A stretch of 64,000 bases of DNA, from positions 45,880,001-45,944,000 of the forward strand of contig OZ024749.1 in assembly GCA_964016885.1 (NCBI GenBank). The letters run 5' to 3'. Under the pieces are notes generated by a model. That model worked only from the letters and a program-made list of their open reading frames with translations, did no database searches and had not been told where the DNA came from. The translations under genes and the position numbers were made by a program. The stretch is from Eledone cirrhosa (lineage: Eukaryota). This document shows, in pieces, positions 1 to 17,441 of the stretch (its first letter is position 1; every line of letters begins with the position of its first letter).

Positions 1-52
1 TAATAATATATATGTATACATATAAATATTTATATATATATATTTATATATT

Positions 53-84
<32 letters not shown>

Positions 85-636
85 AATATATTTATATTTA
101 TATATATAAATATATAAATATATAAATATATATAAATATTTATATGTATACATCTATATTATTATATATATTTCTAACACACATATATCATATATAAATA
201 AATCTATATATACTTGCATATGTGTATGTCCATATATGTGTATATTTATGCTTATTTGTGTCTAAGGACAAATATTGTAATGCATTAGCTTATTCCCTGG
301 CTCTTCTCCATCAAATCTATGTCGATAACACTTCAAGACGATATCCGTTGTTTCACATTAGGCCGTTTTAATGCATTTGCTTCTAAGAGCTCTTTTGCAT
401 TCTGTTTTTTGTAATAAATGTCTTCCATTTATATTTTATCTTATTTTATTTCTTGTTGTTGTTGTTGATGATGACCGGGTCCTTTTCAGCGCATCATTGG
501 ATCCGATTGCATTTTTACAGCATAGCAACACGGATGTATATTTATACACACATTTAACGTAGCAATCACAACATTATATGCAATAATGATTACACATCTA
601 AACTCACATGCATATGCACTCGTATATATATGTATG

Positions 637-672
<36 letters not shown>

Positions 673-729
673 TATACATATGCATATCTATTTATGTATA
701 TATATATATATATAAGTACATACGTATAC

Positions 730-787
<58 letters not shown>

Positions 788-1007
788 TACAGAGTGGGAG
801 AGAGACAGAATGAAACTGACGGTCTGGCAGACAGACATAAATACATACAAACTGAAGTTACATTTGCATTGAACTTCAAATACATTAGGGCAACATATTA
901 TAAATTTATACCTATATATATATATATATATATTTATTTATATATACACAGGCACACACACAAACACACAAACATACACACACACACACACACGCACACA
1001 CACACAT

Positions 1008-1241
<234 letters not shown>

Positions 1242-1313
1242 GCGATGTGTCTACGAATAAACATTTGAAAAGCCCTTTAGTTTGCGGTTTCAAGCAGAGT
1301 CAGCAGAGGATAA

Positions 1314-1352
1314 CTGTCAGCGCATTTCTGGCTTAGGGCTTCATCAGGACAG
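1314..1352 (-). ncRNA. Degenerate hammerhead-like motif
   Basis: The minus strand reads ctgtc-CTGATGA-agccctaagcca-GAAA-tgcgct-gacag. Stem I is a perfect 5 bp, but stem II is weak and there is no proper NUH triplet. Confidence 0.45.
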
Positions 1353-1772
1353 AGCTTCCGCTGCCCTGCTCTTGTACAGAAAAACTTAGAACTTTATATA
1401 AAACTATTTGGCGAGCATATATTTTCCTATATAGCTCTCTATATGGCAATAAATAAGACGCGATTACGCAACCACCAACACGATGTCATCAGACAACATC
1501 TTAGGCAATACGATTGTCATGTTGTACAAGCAACATACACAATTGTCAGGGGAACGGATAAATGTTATCTGCATATTATTGAAGAAGAGAAGAAAAATGA
1601 CGCCACGAATGGTTAGTTCCCGAAGCATAAGAATGATTTGACATAATTACAATATGGGGGAGGTAGACAGAAAGCTAGATATATATACTTCGAACTGAAG
1701 AAAGAAATAGCGAAATATATATAGATATGAGCAAATAATTGACCCGCAGAGAGTGAGGTGGTATATATACAG

Positions 1773-1822
<50 letters not shown>

Positions 1823-1835
1823 GTGGTATATATAC

Positions 1836-1950
<115 letters not shown>

Positions 1951-1951
1951 T

Positions 1952-2029
<78 letters not shown>

Positions 2030-2389
2030 GTGGTATATATACATATATATATATACATATATACATATATATAGAGAGAGAGAGGGAGGGGGGTCAAGAG
2101 AAGTGGAGAGATAGTGAGAATTGATGAAAATACCAATTCGATGTGAGGATGAGTAAGACAGAGTGAAATATGCGTGATACGAGGCATTCCTCATGGAGAA
2201 TATTAATGAAGGAACCTTGAAAATATAATAACATAAAGTACCAGCTTGTTCATCCTGAAGGGAAGAAAAGCGATATAATCTCTTCAACAGATGAAATTAC
2301 AATATATTATATCGCAACAGTTGTTTAATTATTCACACACACACACACACACACACGCACACACAAACACACGCACACACACACACACA

Positions 2390-2446
<57 letters not shown>

Positions 2447-2474
2447 ACATATATATATATATATATATATAAAT

Positions 2475-2548
<74 letters not shown>

Positions 2549-2941
2549 ATATATACATGTATGTATGTATATACACACATATGTGTTTGTCTGTACATGT
2601 GAATATACATTTGGTTTCTATATATATGTATATTTATGTATGTGTGTCTGTATGTGTGTATTAGTTTGTATATTGTGTATTTTTATGTGTGCATGTGTAT
2701 ATCTGCGTATGATACTGTTTGTTATTGTATTTCAGTGTGTTAGTATTCATATGGAGACAATTTTATTTGTCATATTCTTTTTTTATATTTGTTTATCAGT
2801 AATTTGCATAATTTACTAATATTCTTATTTTTTAATGAATTATTTCCCCTGCTGTTCGCCCCTCCTTCCTTCATCATTAACTGCCTGACAATCTAATTTA
2901 CATCGAATGACAACAGTTTGATAAATTATGGTAATTATTAA

Positions 2942-3125
2942 AGATTGCCAGAATCGGTAGATCATCGGAAAACATACTTTGTGGCATGGGGTTACTTTCC
3001 TTTACGTTTTGAGTTCAAATCCCGCCAATGTTATCTTTTCCTTGCATCAGTACGGTTTAGATAAATAAAGCATCAGTAATGCGCTGGGGTCTATTTAATC
3101 GACTTTTCCTTGTCCCCAAAATTGT
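2942..3125 (+). mobile_element. tRNA-derived SINE, older long subfamily (degenerate)
   Basis: gagttcaaatcccgcc B-box, then cagtaatgcgctggggtc...aatcgacttttcc...ccccaaaattg tail. Confidence 0.75.
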
Positions 3126-3222
3126 GTGCGTATGAGTGTTTGTATATGAGTGAGTGCAAGTAAAGAAAGGTGATACATTTGAACGTGTCATAAAACGCAG
3201 TGGGTGAGTGTTTCAATGAGTA

Positions 3223-3385
3223 AAAGAAGAAGAAGAAGAAGAAGAAGAAGAAGAAGAAGAAGAAGAAGAAGAAGAAGAAGAAGAAGAAGAAGAAGAAGAA
3301 GAAGAAGAAGAAGAAGAAGAAGAAGAAGAAGAAGAAGAAGAAGAAGAAGAAGAAGAAGAAGAAGAAGAAGAAGAAGAAGAAGAAG
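3223..3385 (+). repeat. (GAA)n microsatellite
   Basis: Pure GAA run grading into GAC/GAT. Confidence 0.98.
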
Positions 3386-5292
3386 ACGACGACGAGACGA
3401 CGACGATGATGATGACCTCGGTGAAGATTCCTTATTGAAATGATAATGTCGTTTGGCTGTCGCTTTTTCTATATTTCTATCTCCATGTGTTCTTTTGTTT
3501 TTGTATTTGACTTGGAGATTGTAATTTTTGTTTTATTTAGTTTGTATTATTTCGCTGTTTCTGTCCTAACTTTATTTCCATTTGAAAGAAACAACGCTAT
3601 TTCACATATATATTCTTACACATTCACACATACATGTAACTGAAATCTTTAGTTATGCAACATCACACACCAACGCCTGGCCGTAAACATATACACCGAA
3701 ATACTCCCGCATCGCTGTTCACTTACACTCATACACATATACTCAATTGGAATATGTATACACATTTACACAAATACACTCACATGCACATACATACTCT
3801 CATATATACACATTCACTTGCAGACATATCCATTTGCTCTTTCAGTTAAGCACACTCACATATATAGTGCTATACTGATATACAGACACACATATATAGA
3901 CACACAGACAAACATGTACACTTACAAATTCTCACAATCACATGCATACGTACTCACAGGTATAAAACCATAGATACAAATACACGCACAATTACACGCT
4001 CACAATCCCTCAGTCACTTACAGCGTCTCCTTGCTATAGATTCCGTTTAGTATGCACTAAAGAAGTTTGCAATGCGGCAAGAGTAGAATTATTTAACCGA
4101 TTGCATTAGCAACAGAATATCATATTTAGCAATAAATGAATAACATTCTAACCAAAATAGAAGTAAATATTAAAATCTCAAACTCTATATTGATTTTAAC
4201 TCAATTTAATTGTCTTGAACTTTCATTTTTTTTCTGATATAATATATTTTAATATAAGGATGGAATATTACTAACTGCTCTAAGAATAATTGACGATTGA
4301 GTAACAATTGTCAATAAAACTTATTTCATTGAAAAAAAAAAAATGAACCTTCGATATTTTTGTACATGGATATTTTCATGGGATCTGGGAACACGTGTAA
4401 TTATGCAAATACTAAATAATTTAACATCGCTATCGATATTCACGAGTGATGTATTCTGTCACACGTCCTATTTCACCTAATGTAAATTTCGGTGTGATAA
4501 TATATGTTGAAAATAATGAATAAGGTATCCACTGGAAAATCGGAAAAGGTGGCCAATTTATTCTTTTATGAGAAAGTGATTTGGCAGAATTCAGAGACAG
4601 ACGTAAATCTTTAATTCAATACTTGAATGAAATTAGAAAGACGAAAGACAACAAGATAGAATAAACGCCAAGAAGAATGAAGTCATGAGGAACAGCTAAA
4701 AAATTATAAATATCATCATGATATCTGAAAAACAGAGTACCGAAAGCAGAGGTAAGACATACTTAGGTTCAGTTCTGTGTCAGGAAAGAGATAACTAGAA
4801 CAAAAGTAAATTTATGATTGAAATTTCGAAAAAAGTATTTTAGTTTAAATAATAAATAATAACAAACATTAAGGGCAAAACACTACATCGAGATCCACCC
4901 GTAGAATAGTCTCATACTACCAACCACAACCCCTCGACATTTTAACAAGAGTGAATGTGGAAAATTCAAAAGAGCGTTATCGCGTGGACTGTAGATTTAG
5001 TGACGCAACAAATTATGCGGCTGCCATGTCACATCTTGTAAATCCTTGCTATCTGAAATGGCATTACGGTGGACAGAAACAAGCGGAAAATGAAATGAAT
5101 CAAAGCCACCTAGCATCGATATTTATTGTAGAAACGTTTTATAGAATAACAGTAAAGCATAGCTCACACATGACGTTCAAACTGCTTGCAAGTCACGGAT
5201 ATATCACACAATGGGCTTACAAGAGAATAGAAATGTCCATAATATATAATACATTATATTTCACATTGTTATGTATACATCTCTATACATTG

Positions 5293-5330
<38 letters not shown>

Positions 5331-5412
5331 GAATATAGCCATATACATACACATATATATATATACATATACACACACACATTTATATATATATATATAT
5401 TTGATTTTTTTT

Positions 5413-5529
5413 AGTTTCAGAAGATCCCGTTAAGAGTGAAAGCAGCGATTATTTGCTTAAACTTTAATCTGTTATTTTAATAAATGTTTGCTCTCTTTGG
5501 ATTTTAGTCTTCACATTTATTATTATTAC
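5413..5529 (+). mobile_element. Family Y copy (internal deletion)
   Basis: agtttcagaagatcccgttaagagtgaaagcagcgattatttgcttaaactttaatctg...ggattttagtcttcacatttattattattac-(TA)n. Confidence 0.8.
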
Positions 5530-5557
5530 TATATATATATATATATACACACACATG

Positions 5558-5647
<90 letters not shown>

Positions 5648-6333
5648 TATATATATATATGTGTGTGTGTGTGTGTATGTGTCTGTGTGTATGTGTGTAT
5701 ATACATATGTAGAGAGAATGTTACATTATAACGTATTTTATCATATGTTATCTTCTGCCTCTCTATATATTATTATGTTATGCACAGATCTCTATGCATT
5801 GTTCTATCGTTATTTTTTCTCTCTTGGCATCATTTGCCTTCTATCTGCACTTACTACATGTTCTTGTTTCTTCTCAATTTCTAAGTATCCAATTTTTCTC
5901 GATAAGGTTGTTGATAAACAACAGGCCCAACATTATCGATATCCTGTTCCTCTAGGTTTTCCTCTCTTATCTCTCTAGTTGTTGCAAGATTCGTTTAGCA
6001 TACTGAGATTATCATTTGATTATTTCCTGTTGACTTGAAACCCTACACTCCAAGATGTCAGATTCAGGTCTTTCCTACATTTTAAATTATTTGGGGACCA
6101 TATTTTATGTTAGCTACATTACGGAAGACACATTTTTTTAAATGTTATGCAGAGATCATTAATGACCATGCGAAACGCTTAAGTTAAATTACAAGGGACT
6201 ATTCACAGCAAACCTTTTAATTAAAATTAGTGTTAAATTCTGATTTTTTACTTGCATTTCTTCACTGATCAAATGGTGTTTTATATTTAGAATGAATTGT
6301 CTCCATTTCTTATACTTCACCTACGTTATCTTT

Positions 6334-6497
6334 ATAATTGTTTCTACAAGGCCAGCAATTATCCAGTACATTACTGGTACTTTATTTTATCGACCCCGTA
6401 AGGCAAAGTTAACCTCGGCGAGATTTGAAGACAGAATGGCAAGGGCCGTAACTCTATGCGTCAAAGCATGGTGTCCGACCCTCTACCGATACTGCCA
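6334..6497 (-). mobile_element. tRNA-derived SINE, young subfamily
   Basis: Reverse-complement match to 8490-8680 with small deletions. Confidence 0.85.
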
Positions 6498-7044
6498 TGA
6501 ACTCTAAACATTTTTTTCTTTAAATTTTCTTGTTTTTTTTTCATCTACTCAATTTGTCATTTGTTATAAGTATTTCTCTGTCTCTCTCTCTCTTCATTTT
6601 TCTTTTCTTGTGTCTCATCCATTCTACGTGTCTGACTTAATAACGTACAGGTAAATTTCAAATTCCCAATAATTAATTATTTCTTAGTTCGAAATTTCTC
6701 CACACATTTCTCACACACACTCTCCCTCCCACATATATCTCTTTCTCTCTCTCTCCCTCTCTCCACCCTCCTATCTTTCATACACTTAAACACATAGACA
6801 CATACAGAGAGACATATATATATATATCAAGGGATATGAGCTGTGAATTGTTATATATTTTACACATTGCTGTTTGTTGTTTGCAATGTGATATTCATCG
6901 GGATTTCATTTCCTATGAAGATATCTTACTACATATGGTGAAACGTAACTAAAACTAATAAAATGTTACAATTTCTCTTTTCCCTAAATAATTTGCTTGG
7001 ATTGCACACACACACACACACACACGCACACACACACACACACA

Positions 7045-7075
<31 letters not shown>

Positions 7076-7140
7076 CCACACCCACACACACACACATATA
7101 TATATATATATGTATTTATATATATATATACATACATATA

Positions 7141-7187
<47 letters not shown>

Positions 7188-7454
7188 TTGTATGTGTGTA
7201 TGGAGGGTGGGTATATACAAAAACAGTCGTATAGTATGAATGTATACAACATTTTGTCACTCTTATCATTGTATAATGGATAAAATAACTGCATCCAAGA
7301 AAAGTTAATCCTATAAAAGTATATATGACTCTTTCTATATATCTATATATCTACATCAGTGGGCCTATATACACACGTATATTTACATACCTATATGTGT
7401 ACGTTTTTTTAATGTACTTATGTATGTTTGGACATTAACCAACACCTACTAGAA

Positions 7455-7527
<73 letters not shown>

Positions 7528-8489
7528 CCCAATATACTTAGATTACATCGTAAGTTGCATTACCGCGTAATTTTACTTGTGCTCTGATATATCTATGTTT
7601 AACTTATCTCCTCTTTGTTCTCTCCTTCACTCATGATATCTAAGCTTATACATGTACTTATTAGGAAATGTATGTATACATAATTATAATAAAATGTCAC
7701 ACAAACTCACCAAAACACACATCGACAGACACACATATACAGCACTTGAAAGTGTACATATATATATATATATATAAACATGTATACATACAAACACACA
7801 CACATTCATACATACATAAGTACATTTATACATACTTATATGCATGCATACGTACATACACTCATACACACACACATACGTACATACATACCTATATACA
7901 TATATACATACATGCATACATACATATATACACACATACATACGCATATTCATACATAAATATTGTTAGGTATGTAATTCCTCAAGTATGGGTCTATGAA
8001 ATTATTTCATAGTACGCGAAATTTTCGAGAAACCCGTTAAGTTCTTCTCTACTTAGGTAAAGATGTCTAAGATATTCAAGCAAGATTAGTGTAACAAACA
8101 TATGCATTTTTAATTATGAGAAGTTCTAGAGATGATTACCTTCCAGATAGGAGCTGATATCGAATAATAATCGCATGAAATTCTTCGTGGGGAGTGGTAA
8201 ACTCAAGCCGACTGAATGAATCAAGATGGACGTTTGATAAAGAAGGTGATATCCGTTTTCTTCACATTTCATTTCATGGGATTTATCTATACACGCCATA
8301 CATTTTATGATACCGTGTTTCTTCTTCTTATACTTGTTATTGTTATTAGTAGCATAAGATAGAAGTTTTGATTTTGGTGATGTTGTACTTGCTGCTATCT
8401 TTAGTCTTGTAATTTTTATTATTATTAGTAGTATTAGTTGTAATATAATTTTCAATAATACATTTATCTTTATCAATTATTATTATTAT

Positions 8490-8680
8490 CGGTGGATTGG
8501 CAGTATCGGTAGAGGGTCGAAGGCCATGCTTTCCAGCATAGTTATGTCCCTTTACGATATGATTTCAAATCCCGCCGAGGTTGACTTTGCCTTTCATCCT
8601 TACGGGGTCGATAAAATAAAGTACCAGTAATGCACTGGGTAATTGCTGGCTTGTGCCTAAAGTAGAAACAATTATTATTA
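8490..8680 (+). mobile_element. tRNA-derived SINE, young short subfamily, near full length
   Basis: A-box-like tggcagtatcgg, B-box-like ttcaaatccc, central gcctttcatccttacggggtcgataaaataaagtaccag (resembles the Meta/MESC SINE domain from memory), (ATT)n tail and an attattattatc duplication. Confidence 0.9.
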
Positions 8681-9164
8681 TCATTGTAGTAGTAGTAACA
8701 GTACAGGAAACATCAGCTGTATTATATTAAATATTATACTAATGCTTCATTAAATCTGTTAGGCTAACTTGCAGATATTTTCCTGGTTAAAACTAGATAG
8801 ATATTTAAACAATATTTTACTAATATTGCGTGTCATGTATAATACATGTTTAAAATTACAACTGTTACCGATTCTCTACTGAATGAGGCGCATAAATATC
8901 ATATGTTTATTATAACCTACCTTAGTCTCTCTCTCTCTATCTCAATATCTCTTTCTTTCTTAACATTTCTCTATCTCTCTAATTGTCTATCTGTGGAAAA
9001 TTAATGGATTTTACAATGAACTTCCTCAATTTCAACAACACAGCCATTCTGTAATGACACACCATTTAACCAACAATATATGAGGCAATAATTAGTGTAA
9101 AGCATTCATTATGCGTGCACATCAATATCTATCCACCAATGTATATATGTAAAAAATGTCTAAA

Positions 9165-9436
9165 GTCTGTCTTAAGCCAGAAGGCATATTTGGCTGGTGC
9201 TTATACCGGTTTTATCGCGTGAAGCGACTGAGAGCACAAGGCTTCCCCATGGACAGGACGCCAGTCCATCGCAGGGTTAACCTTGCAGCAATTTCTGGTA
9301 CTCATTTTCAGCTGAGTATACTAGAAAAATGTCAAATGAAGTGTTTTGCTCAAGAACACAACATGCAGCCCAGGAATCGAACCGATTGCATTATGATATT
9401 AAGTCCAACATCATTAGCACTACGTCATTGCCTCCA
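9165..9436 (-). mobile_element. Second tRNA-derived SINE family (V-SINE-like)
   Basis: The minus strand has a ggttcgattcc B-box, tgtgttcttgagcaaaacactt, and gcgatggactggcgtcctgtcca...agtcgcttcacgcgataaaaccgg. The superfamily assignment is from recalled motifs. Confidence 0.7.
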
Positions 9437-10402
9437 CATAATGTATCTATATTGGTCTACGTAAATAAAATACACTCTCAGCCACATGGAATGAGACACA
9501 CGCAGATGCTAACAATCAAAATGCAACATTAGTTTTCAACATAGGCGCGTCTGCATCTAGATTATGTCAAGCATGCGTCGAAATCAATATATATCTATAA
9601 ATCTATGACGAAGTATGTAACTGTGGATTTACAAATGCTGCTCTATATCTTCTAGTCAAAGTCTCCGTTCGTGCAACACTAACTAATTAAAAAGCTATAT
9701 TTGTGTATATAAATGTAGTTCTATGTGTATGTATTAATAATTATTTAACATACAAAATTATACGGTAATAACCTTAACCGGTGTAATACATCTCTAACGA
9801 TCTATGTGGTTATTTTCCACCTGGACTCTGGGTACCAGTGTAGTAAAACGGAGAAAGACTTTAGTATTGTAATTACTTATAGAACTATTAAAATATTGCT
9901 GGACCAAGCAGACACTAGCTTCAGAATTATTCAAAGAATACTTCAAGTCTTATGAGATGAAACATGTGTAACCGTACTGCTATAACTATTATACTGTCAT
10001 TTAGGTTGTCCATAGATGAGTTGTACCCGCTCTGCAGTAAAATACGCAGTTACTTGTATTACCTATAGTGTCTATGAACATGTAGATATCCACATATACA
10101 TATATTCACATAAACATAAGTATGAATGCAATTATATGAACATTCAAATGCGTAGATTTTACTAACATACATAAGCGTAGAAATATTCAAAATACGTGTA
10201 CCAATGTAAATATATACACCCAAACCCGTGCCTACACACATGTTGTTATATATTGAAAAATATATACACATACGTATTTACCCACATGAAAAACATATGT
10301 GAGTATACGTATAATATATATACATATATATACTATATACATACATATATATATATATGTATGTACATACAGACATATATGAACACACACACACACACAC
10401 AC

Positions 10403-10515
<113 letters not shown>

Positions 10516-10639
10516 GGTGGATGTGTATATGAGTGTTTGAATGTGTGGATGTGTATGTGCGTGTACTATACATAATTATGTATCAGTAGATCGATCGATC
10601 GATCATTCAATTTATCTCTGTATACACATACGCACACAA

Positions 10640-10677
<38 letters not shown>

Positions 10678-10869
10678 GCGTATGTGTGTGTGTATATATA
10701 TATATATATATTTGCGTGACACTTTCTCTTTGAAGTACATTCATACAAGGGCACGTAATTCGGGGGGTAAAATAATAAAGCGCGGTTGATCAGCTGCAAG
10801 TTAATAATTTTATCTATTTCAACACGCAATATCATCTACACTATGCATATATACACCAAAATATTAAAT

Positions 10870-12490
<1,621 letters not shown>

Positions 12491-12908
12491 TATTTGGATG
12501 TCAGAAAAAAATATCTCAAATACTTAACAGATTTTGAGGTAGAATTCTTATATGGGTTTGCTTGAATCAGTTTTCTGTGTCTCTTTGTCTGCCTATGAGT
12601 CACTCTCTTTGCCTTCGTCTGAACACACAACTATCGCCTCCTATGTCGCTTTATAACTATATCCTCGTCTCAGATATTTATTAATTCGTTTGAATCTTGT
12701 CTACATGTTAAAAGTCGGGAGTTGATGGCTCATTATTCGTTTGACATGCTTCACTTCTACGACAGTAACGTAAATATATGAAGGTGTATATTATGTTAAA
12801 TGATATAATTTCAGTAAAACAATATTTATCGCATGAATAAATGAAACCAAGTATGAAGTAAAATATAAAAAGTTATTGTTACTATAATTTGTTGAACAAC
12901 ACTACATA

Positions 12909-12984
<76 letters not shown>

Positions 12985-12987
<3 letters not shown>

Positions 12988-13071
12988 AAAAGTATGACCG
13001 TAAGTACCCTAAGTATTGAGTATTCTGGTGCGTTATGGTCCACCTGGTTCCTTACCACACTTCCTTTGTTA
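12985..13071 (+). mobile_element. Family X copy (5'-truncated, short inverted piece)
   Basis: accctaagtattgagtattctggtgcgttatggtccacctggttccttaccac matches 35441-35493. The leading tggaaaagtatgacc is an inverted fragment of the family. Flanked by (TA)n. Confidence 0.8.
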
Positions 13072-13278
13072 TATATATATATAGAGAGAGAGAATTCACA
13101 AGAATCAAAGCTATGTTCAAAGCATTTATTCACTTACAATTGTTTCATCCAAACCTAGGCTTGGAGTCTTACTGGTAATAATGGTAGTAATAAATTAATG
13201 ACCTTCACTGATTAGGGTTTATAATATATATAACTATAAAAAGTTTTAGTATATACATAACCATAAATAGTATCCTTA

Positions 13279-13363
<85 letters not shown>

Positions 13364-13605
13364 TGTTTTATTGATATTTTTTATCTGATTGTCCCGAATC
13401 TTCTGTTAGCGATTTTTTATCGTATGGTTGATTTTAGACTTGTTCTATGTGTGACGGTATTTTAACGATAGTTATAGCTCTGATTCATCTGAATTATTGA
13501 GCCCTCTGCCGCTCATTTCGAATTTTGTTTATCGTGAACTCGTGCGCCGATTTTTCGATACTCGATCTTTCTAATATACATATATATATATATATATATA
13601 CATAC

Positions 13606-13715
<110 letters not shown>

Positions 13716-15166
13716 ATATAAGAGTGAAAATATGTATACATGTGATACAGGGTGTGACATTTTTATATACAGTCAGAAAAACACACACGCACACACGCAC
13801 ACACGCACATACGAATATATATATATATATATTTAGAGAGAGAGAGAGAGAGAGGGAGGGAGTATGTGTAAGAGACCAAAACATTGCACAAGATAGTTTT
13901 AAAGTTAGCTCTGTAAAAGTAGAGTAAAAATAAAATGACCAACACCCGAACACTGTGAATAATGTTTATGGAAGAGAATGAAGATTTCAACAAATGTTAT
14001 GAGAGAAGTAGATAGAAAATGAGAAAGAAAAGTGAACTAATCAATGATATGGCTTGTTTACTCTCCAATATGATTAAAACGTGAGTATTTGTGCAATCAG
14101 ATGAGGTAGTGTTTGATTGAGGGATCAAACGAGGGAGTGTTAGAAGGTTCACAGAAATCAGTGAAGAAGTTGGTGAAGGTTAAAGTCACTGAGTTAGGCT
14201 TCAGTTGATCTGTACTTCGGAGGTGGGTGAATGAGTCAGCGAGTGAGAAAAACATTGAACGGGTGCGCGAGTAAGGGTTTTAGTGGAGCAATATATATCA
14301 CAGATGGAAAAAGGCGATTGAGACAATCAGAGAGTAAAACTAGAGTCAAAGTGATAGTGTATGTGTCTGTGTATGAGACAGAGAGATGAGAAGAGAGAGA
14401 GAGAGAGATGGAGAGAGAGAGGGCGGGAGATAGAGGGAGAGAGAGAGAGAGGGAGAGAAATATAGAAAGTGATAGACACAGATATATATATATATAGAGA
14501 GAGATAGATAGATATGTAGATATACAGAGAGAGAGGGAGAGAGATAGAGAGAGCCAGATAGGTAGAGACAGAGAGGGGAGAGAAAGTGATAGACACAAAT
14601 AGATAGATAGAAAGAGAGAGAGATATATATAGAGAGAGAGAGGGAGAGAGAGAGAGAGAGAGAGAGGGAGAATGTGAGTGACAGTAATAATTTTTAATAC
14701 ATGCAAATTAAGCTGAAGATGGCGCTTGAAGAGAACATCAATGTTGTCTCTCGCGTGTTTCTTACATGCAAAGATGAAAGACAAAGAGAATACTGAAATA
14801 AAAAAGAAAATAATAGAATATAAAAGAATGAAAAGAATTCAATTAAAAAAAATATATTGAGAAAAACAAAAGCAAAAAGGAAAAAAATATCAAAATAACA
14901 TCGCTAACAAGAAAGATGACAGCCAAGAGACAAAATAACAAGTTAGGAATGGATACGAAAGAAAAAAGATAAAAATGAAATAACACACTATATATATATA
15001 TATAAACAGCAATATATATAAAACTGCACCAGGAAAAAAAATATATTCATGGAACTTGAAGAAAAAAATAATTTGGGAGGAGGATGTTGAATGAAATTTA
15101 TTCATTAGAAAACATAAAATATAATGATAAATAACAATAGACATCTTAATAATGATTACTAATCTA

Positions 15167-16210
15167 GACACAAGGCCTGCAATTCTTATGGGGGGTGGTT
15201 TATGTTGATTATATCGATACCAGATTTAGGTAGAAGGCTAGAAATTGGGGGTGGGGGTGGGGGGTGGAAAGTCGATTACATTTTGGGGAAGGGGAAAGTG
15301 CGCGAGTGGTACTTTATTTTTTTGCCCGACCCCGTAAGGATGAATAGTAAAGCTAACCTCGACGAGATTTGAACTCAGGGCGTAAAGGACCGCATCTCCA
15401 TGGCTGCGAAGCATGCTATCCTACGCTCTCCTGATACTGCCAATAATAACGATTGTTTTGAACAGAGGCAAAATGTCAAAAATCTTAAAAACTAAGACAC
15501 CTCATGATGATCACAGCACCTAATACTATTGTTTACTGTAAGCGAATTATCAGAATTATTCATTTCTAATTTTGGGCTCAGTAAATTTGGGAGAAGGTAA
15601 ATTTGAAGAAAGGAATCCCAGTAATATGACTGGTAATTTATGATATTGGCTCAGGAAGGATGAGAGGCTAAGTTGACTTCCGTGAAATTTGATCTGAGAA
15701 TGTAAAGAGGAAGAACGAATATTTCAATCGCATTTCAGCGGACGCTCTGCCAATTCTGCACATCTAGGTTCTTAAATATATATAATAATTGTTTCTACTT
15801 TTGGCACAAGGCCAGCAATTACCCAGTGCATTACTGGTACTTTATTTTATCGACCTGGTAAGGATGAAAGGCAAAGTTAACCTCGGCGGGGTTTGAACTC
15901 AGAATGGCAAGGACCGTAAATCTATACATCAAAGCATGGCGTCCGACGCTCTACCGATACTGCCAATCCACCGATAATAATAAGGGTAATAATGCTTTCT
16001 CATATAGGCACACAAGGACAACAATTTTTGGGGAAGGGAAAGTCGATTGAATCGACCCCAGTGCGTGACTGGTACTTTATTTTATCGACCCCATAAGGAT
16101 GAAAGGAAAAGTTAACCTCGGTTGGATTTGAACACAGAACGGGAAGGACCGTAACTCTATGCCGCGAAGCATGATGTCCGACGCTCTACCGATACTGCCA
16201 ATCCACCGCC
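15167..16210 (-). mobile_element. Tandem cluster of four SINE copies (15167-15444, 15561-15764, 15783-15973, 15990-16210)
   Basis: Repeated ctggtactttattttatcgac...aaggatgaaagg...aacctc...tttgaactcag...taccgatactgccaat blocks, all on the minus strand and with differing divergence. Confidence 0.85.
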
Positions 16211-16395
16211 CTTAAATAATATTTTCCTCCTTAGATACATGGTCAGTAATTGTGTGTGTGTGGGGGGGGGGAGTAAGCTGAAAATATCGACGCCATGTTT
16301 CTGATTTATGCACAAGGCAACAATGTAAAGGAAAGGGGGAACGTCGATAAAATTGACCCCAGTGCGTTATTACTGCATTATTTTGTCGAACACAG

Positions 16396-16579
16396 GGCGG
16401 TGGATTGGCAGTATCGGTTGAGGGTCGGACGCCATGCTTTCCAGCATTGTTACGTCCCTTTACGATCTGAGTTCAAATCCCGCCGAGGTTGACTTTGCCT
16501 TTCATCCTTACGGGGTCGATAAAATAAAGTACCAGTAATGCACTGGGTAATTGCTGGCCTTGTGCCTAAAGTAGAAACA
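16396..16579 (+). mobile_element. Full-length young SINE nested antisense in an older SINE (host about 16296-16660, minus strand)
   Basis: 19-bp TSD attattttgtcgaacacag at 16377-16395 and 16580-16598. Confidence 0.9.
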
Positions 16580-16824
16580 ATTATTTTGTCGAACACAGTA
16601 AAGGTGAAAAGCAAATCTAACCTCGACGAGATTTGAACTAACAGCGTAAACGAACTTAGCTGGGGTGCAGCTGATAAGTTGGTTGGCTCTCTGGAGTTGC
16701 CGAAGTGGTGCTGTTATTTCTGGAGATAGTGATGTTGATGAAGATGAAGACGAAACATTCATATACTTATTCAAAGAACAAGTAAACAAAATTGTTTGTA
16801 AAACATTAATATAACAATATATAT

Positions 16825-16892
<68 letters not shown>

Positions 16893-17379
16893 ATAAACAT
16901 GAAAACTGGACATTAAAGATTTAGAAATAATGAATATGAAAGTAATACGAAAAATGGGGATAAAAAAAAATAAAACCTTCGCATCAAACATTATTTCTCT
17001 CACAGCCCCTACACCATCTCTAGACCCCATTAGCCATATCAGCGAAAAAAAAAATCAAAAATAAAAATATTTGAAGCTGTACGCGATGGCCATCTCGTTA
17101 CCCTTTCTACTCCGTCTTAAAACCTTATCATTTTAACCTAACCCGGACTTGGCATGCTAGTGAACTCTGAGCGTTATAATGGGGAAATGCACGACATCGA
17201 TGATAACATTTATCACATCTTCATTGAATCTTTATGCATAATGAGCTGAAAATTTGTGAATACTTGGGGTAGGATGAAGTGCAGGGGGTGGGGTTGATTT
17301 TTATTAGTGTTTTCTTGTTTTGCGGAATTGATAATGTTAATGTTGGTGATGGGAGTGATACAATTATGTGGTTGCTGTT

Positions 17380-17441
<62 letters not shown>

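Noticed and set aside
1690-1730. CTGAAGA...GAAAtatata hammerhead-like spacing
   Set aside because: Neither stem II nor stem I pairs convincingly.
16396-16485. tRNA genes at SINE heads
   Set aside because: A and B boxes are present, but no full cloverleaf is evident and the sequence continues into SINE body and tail.
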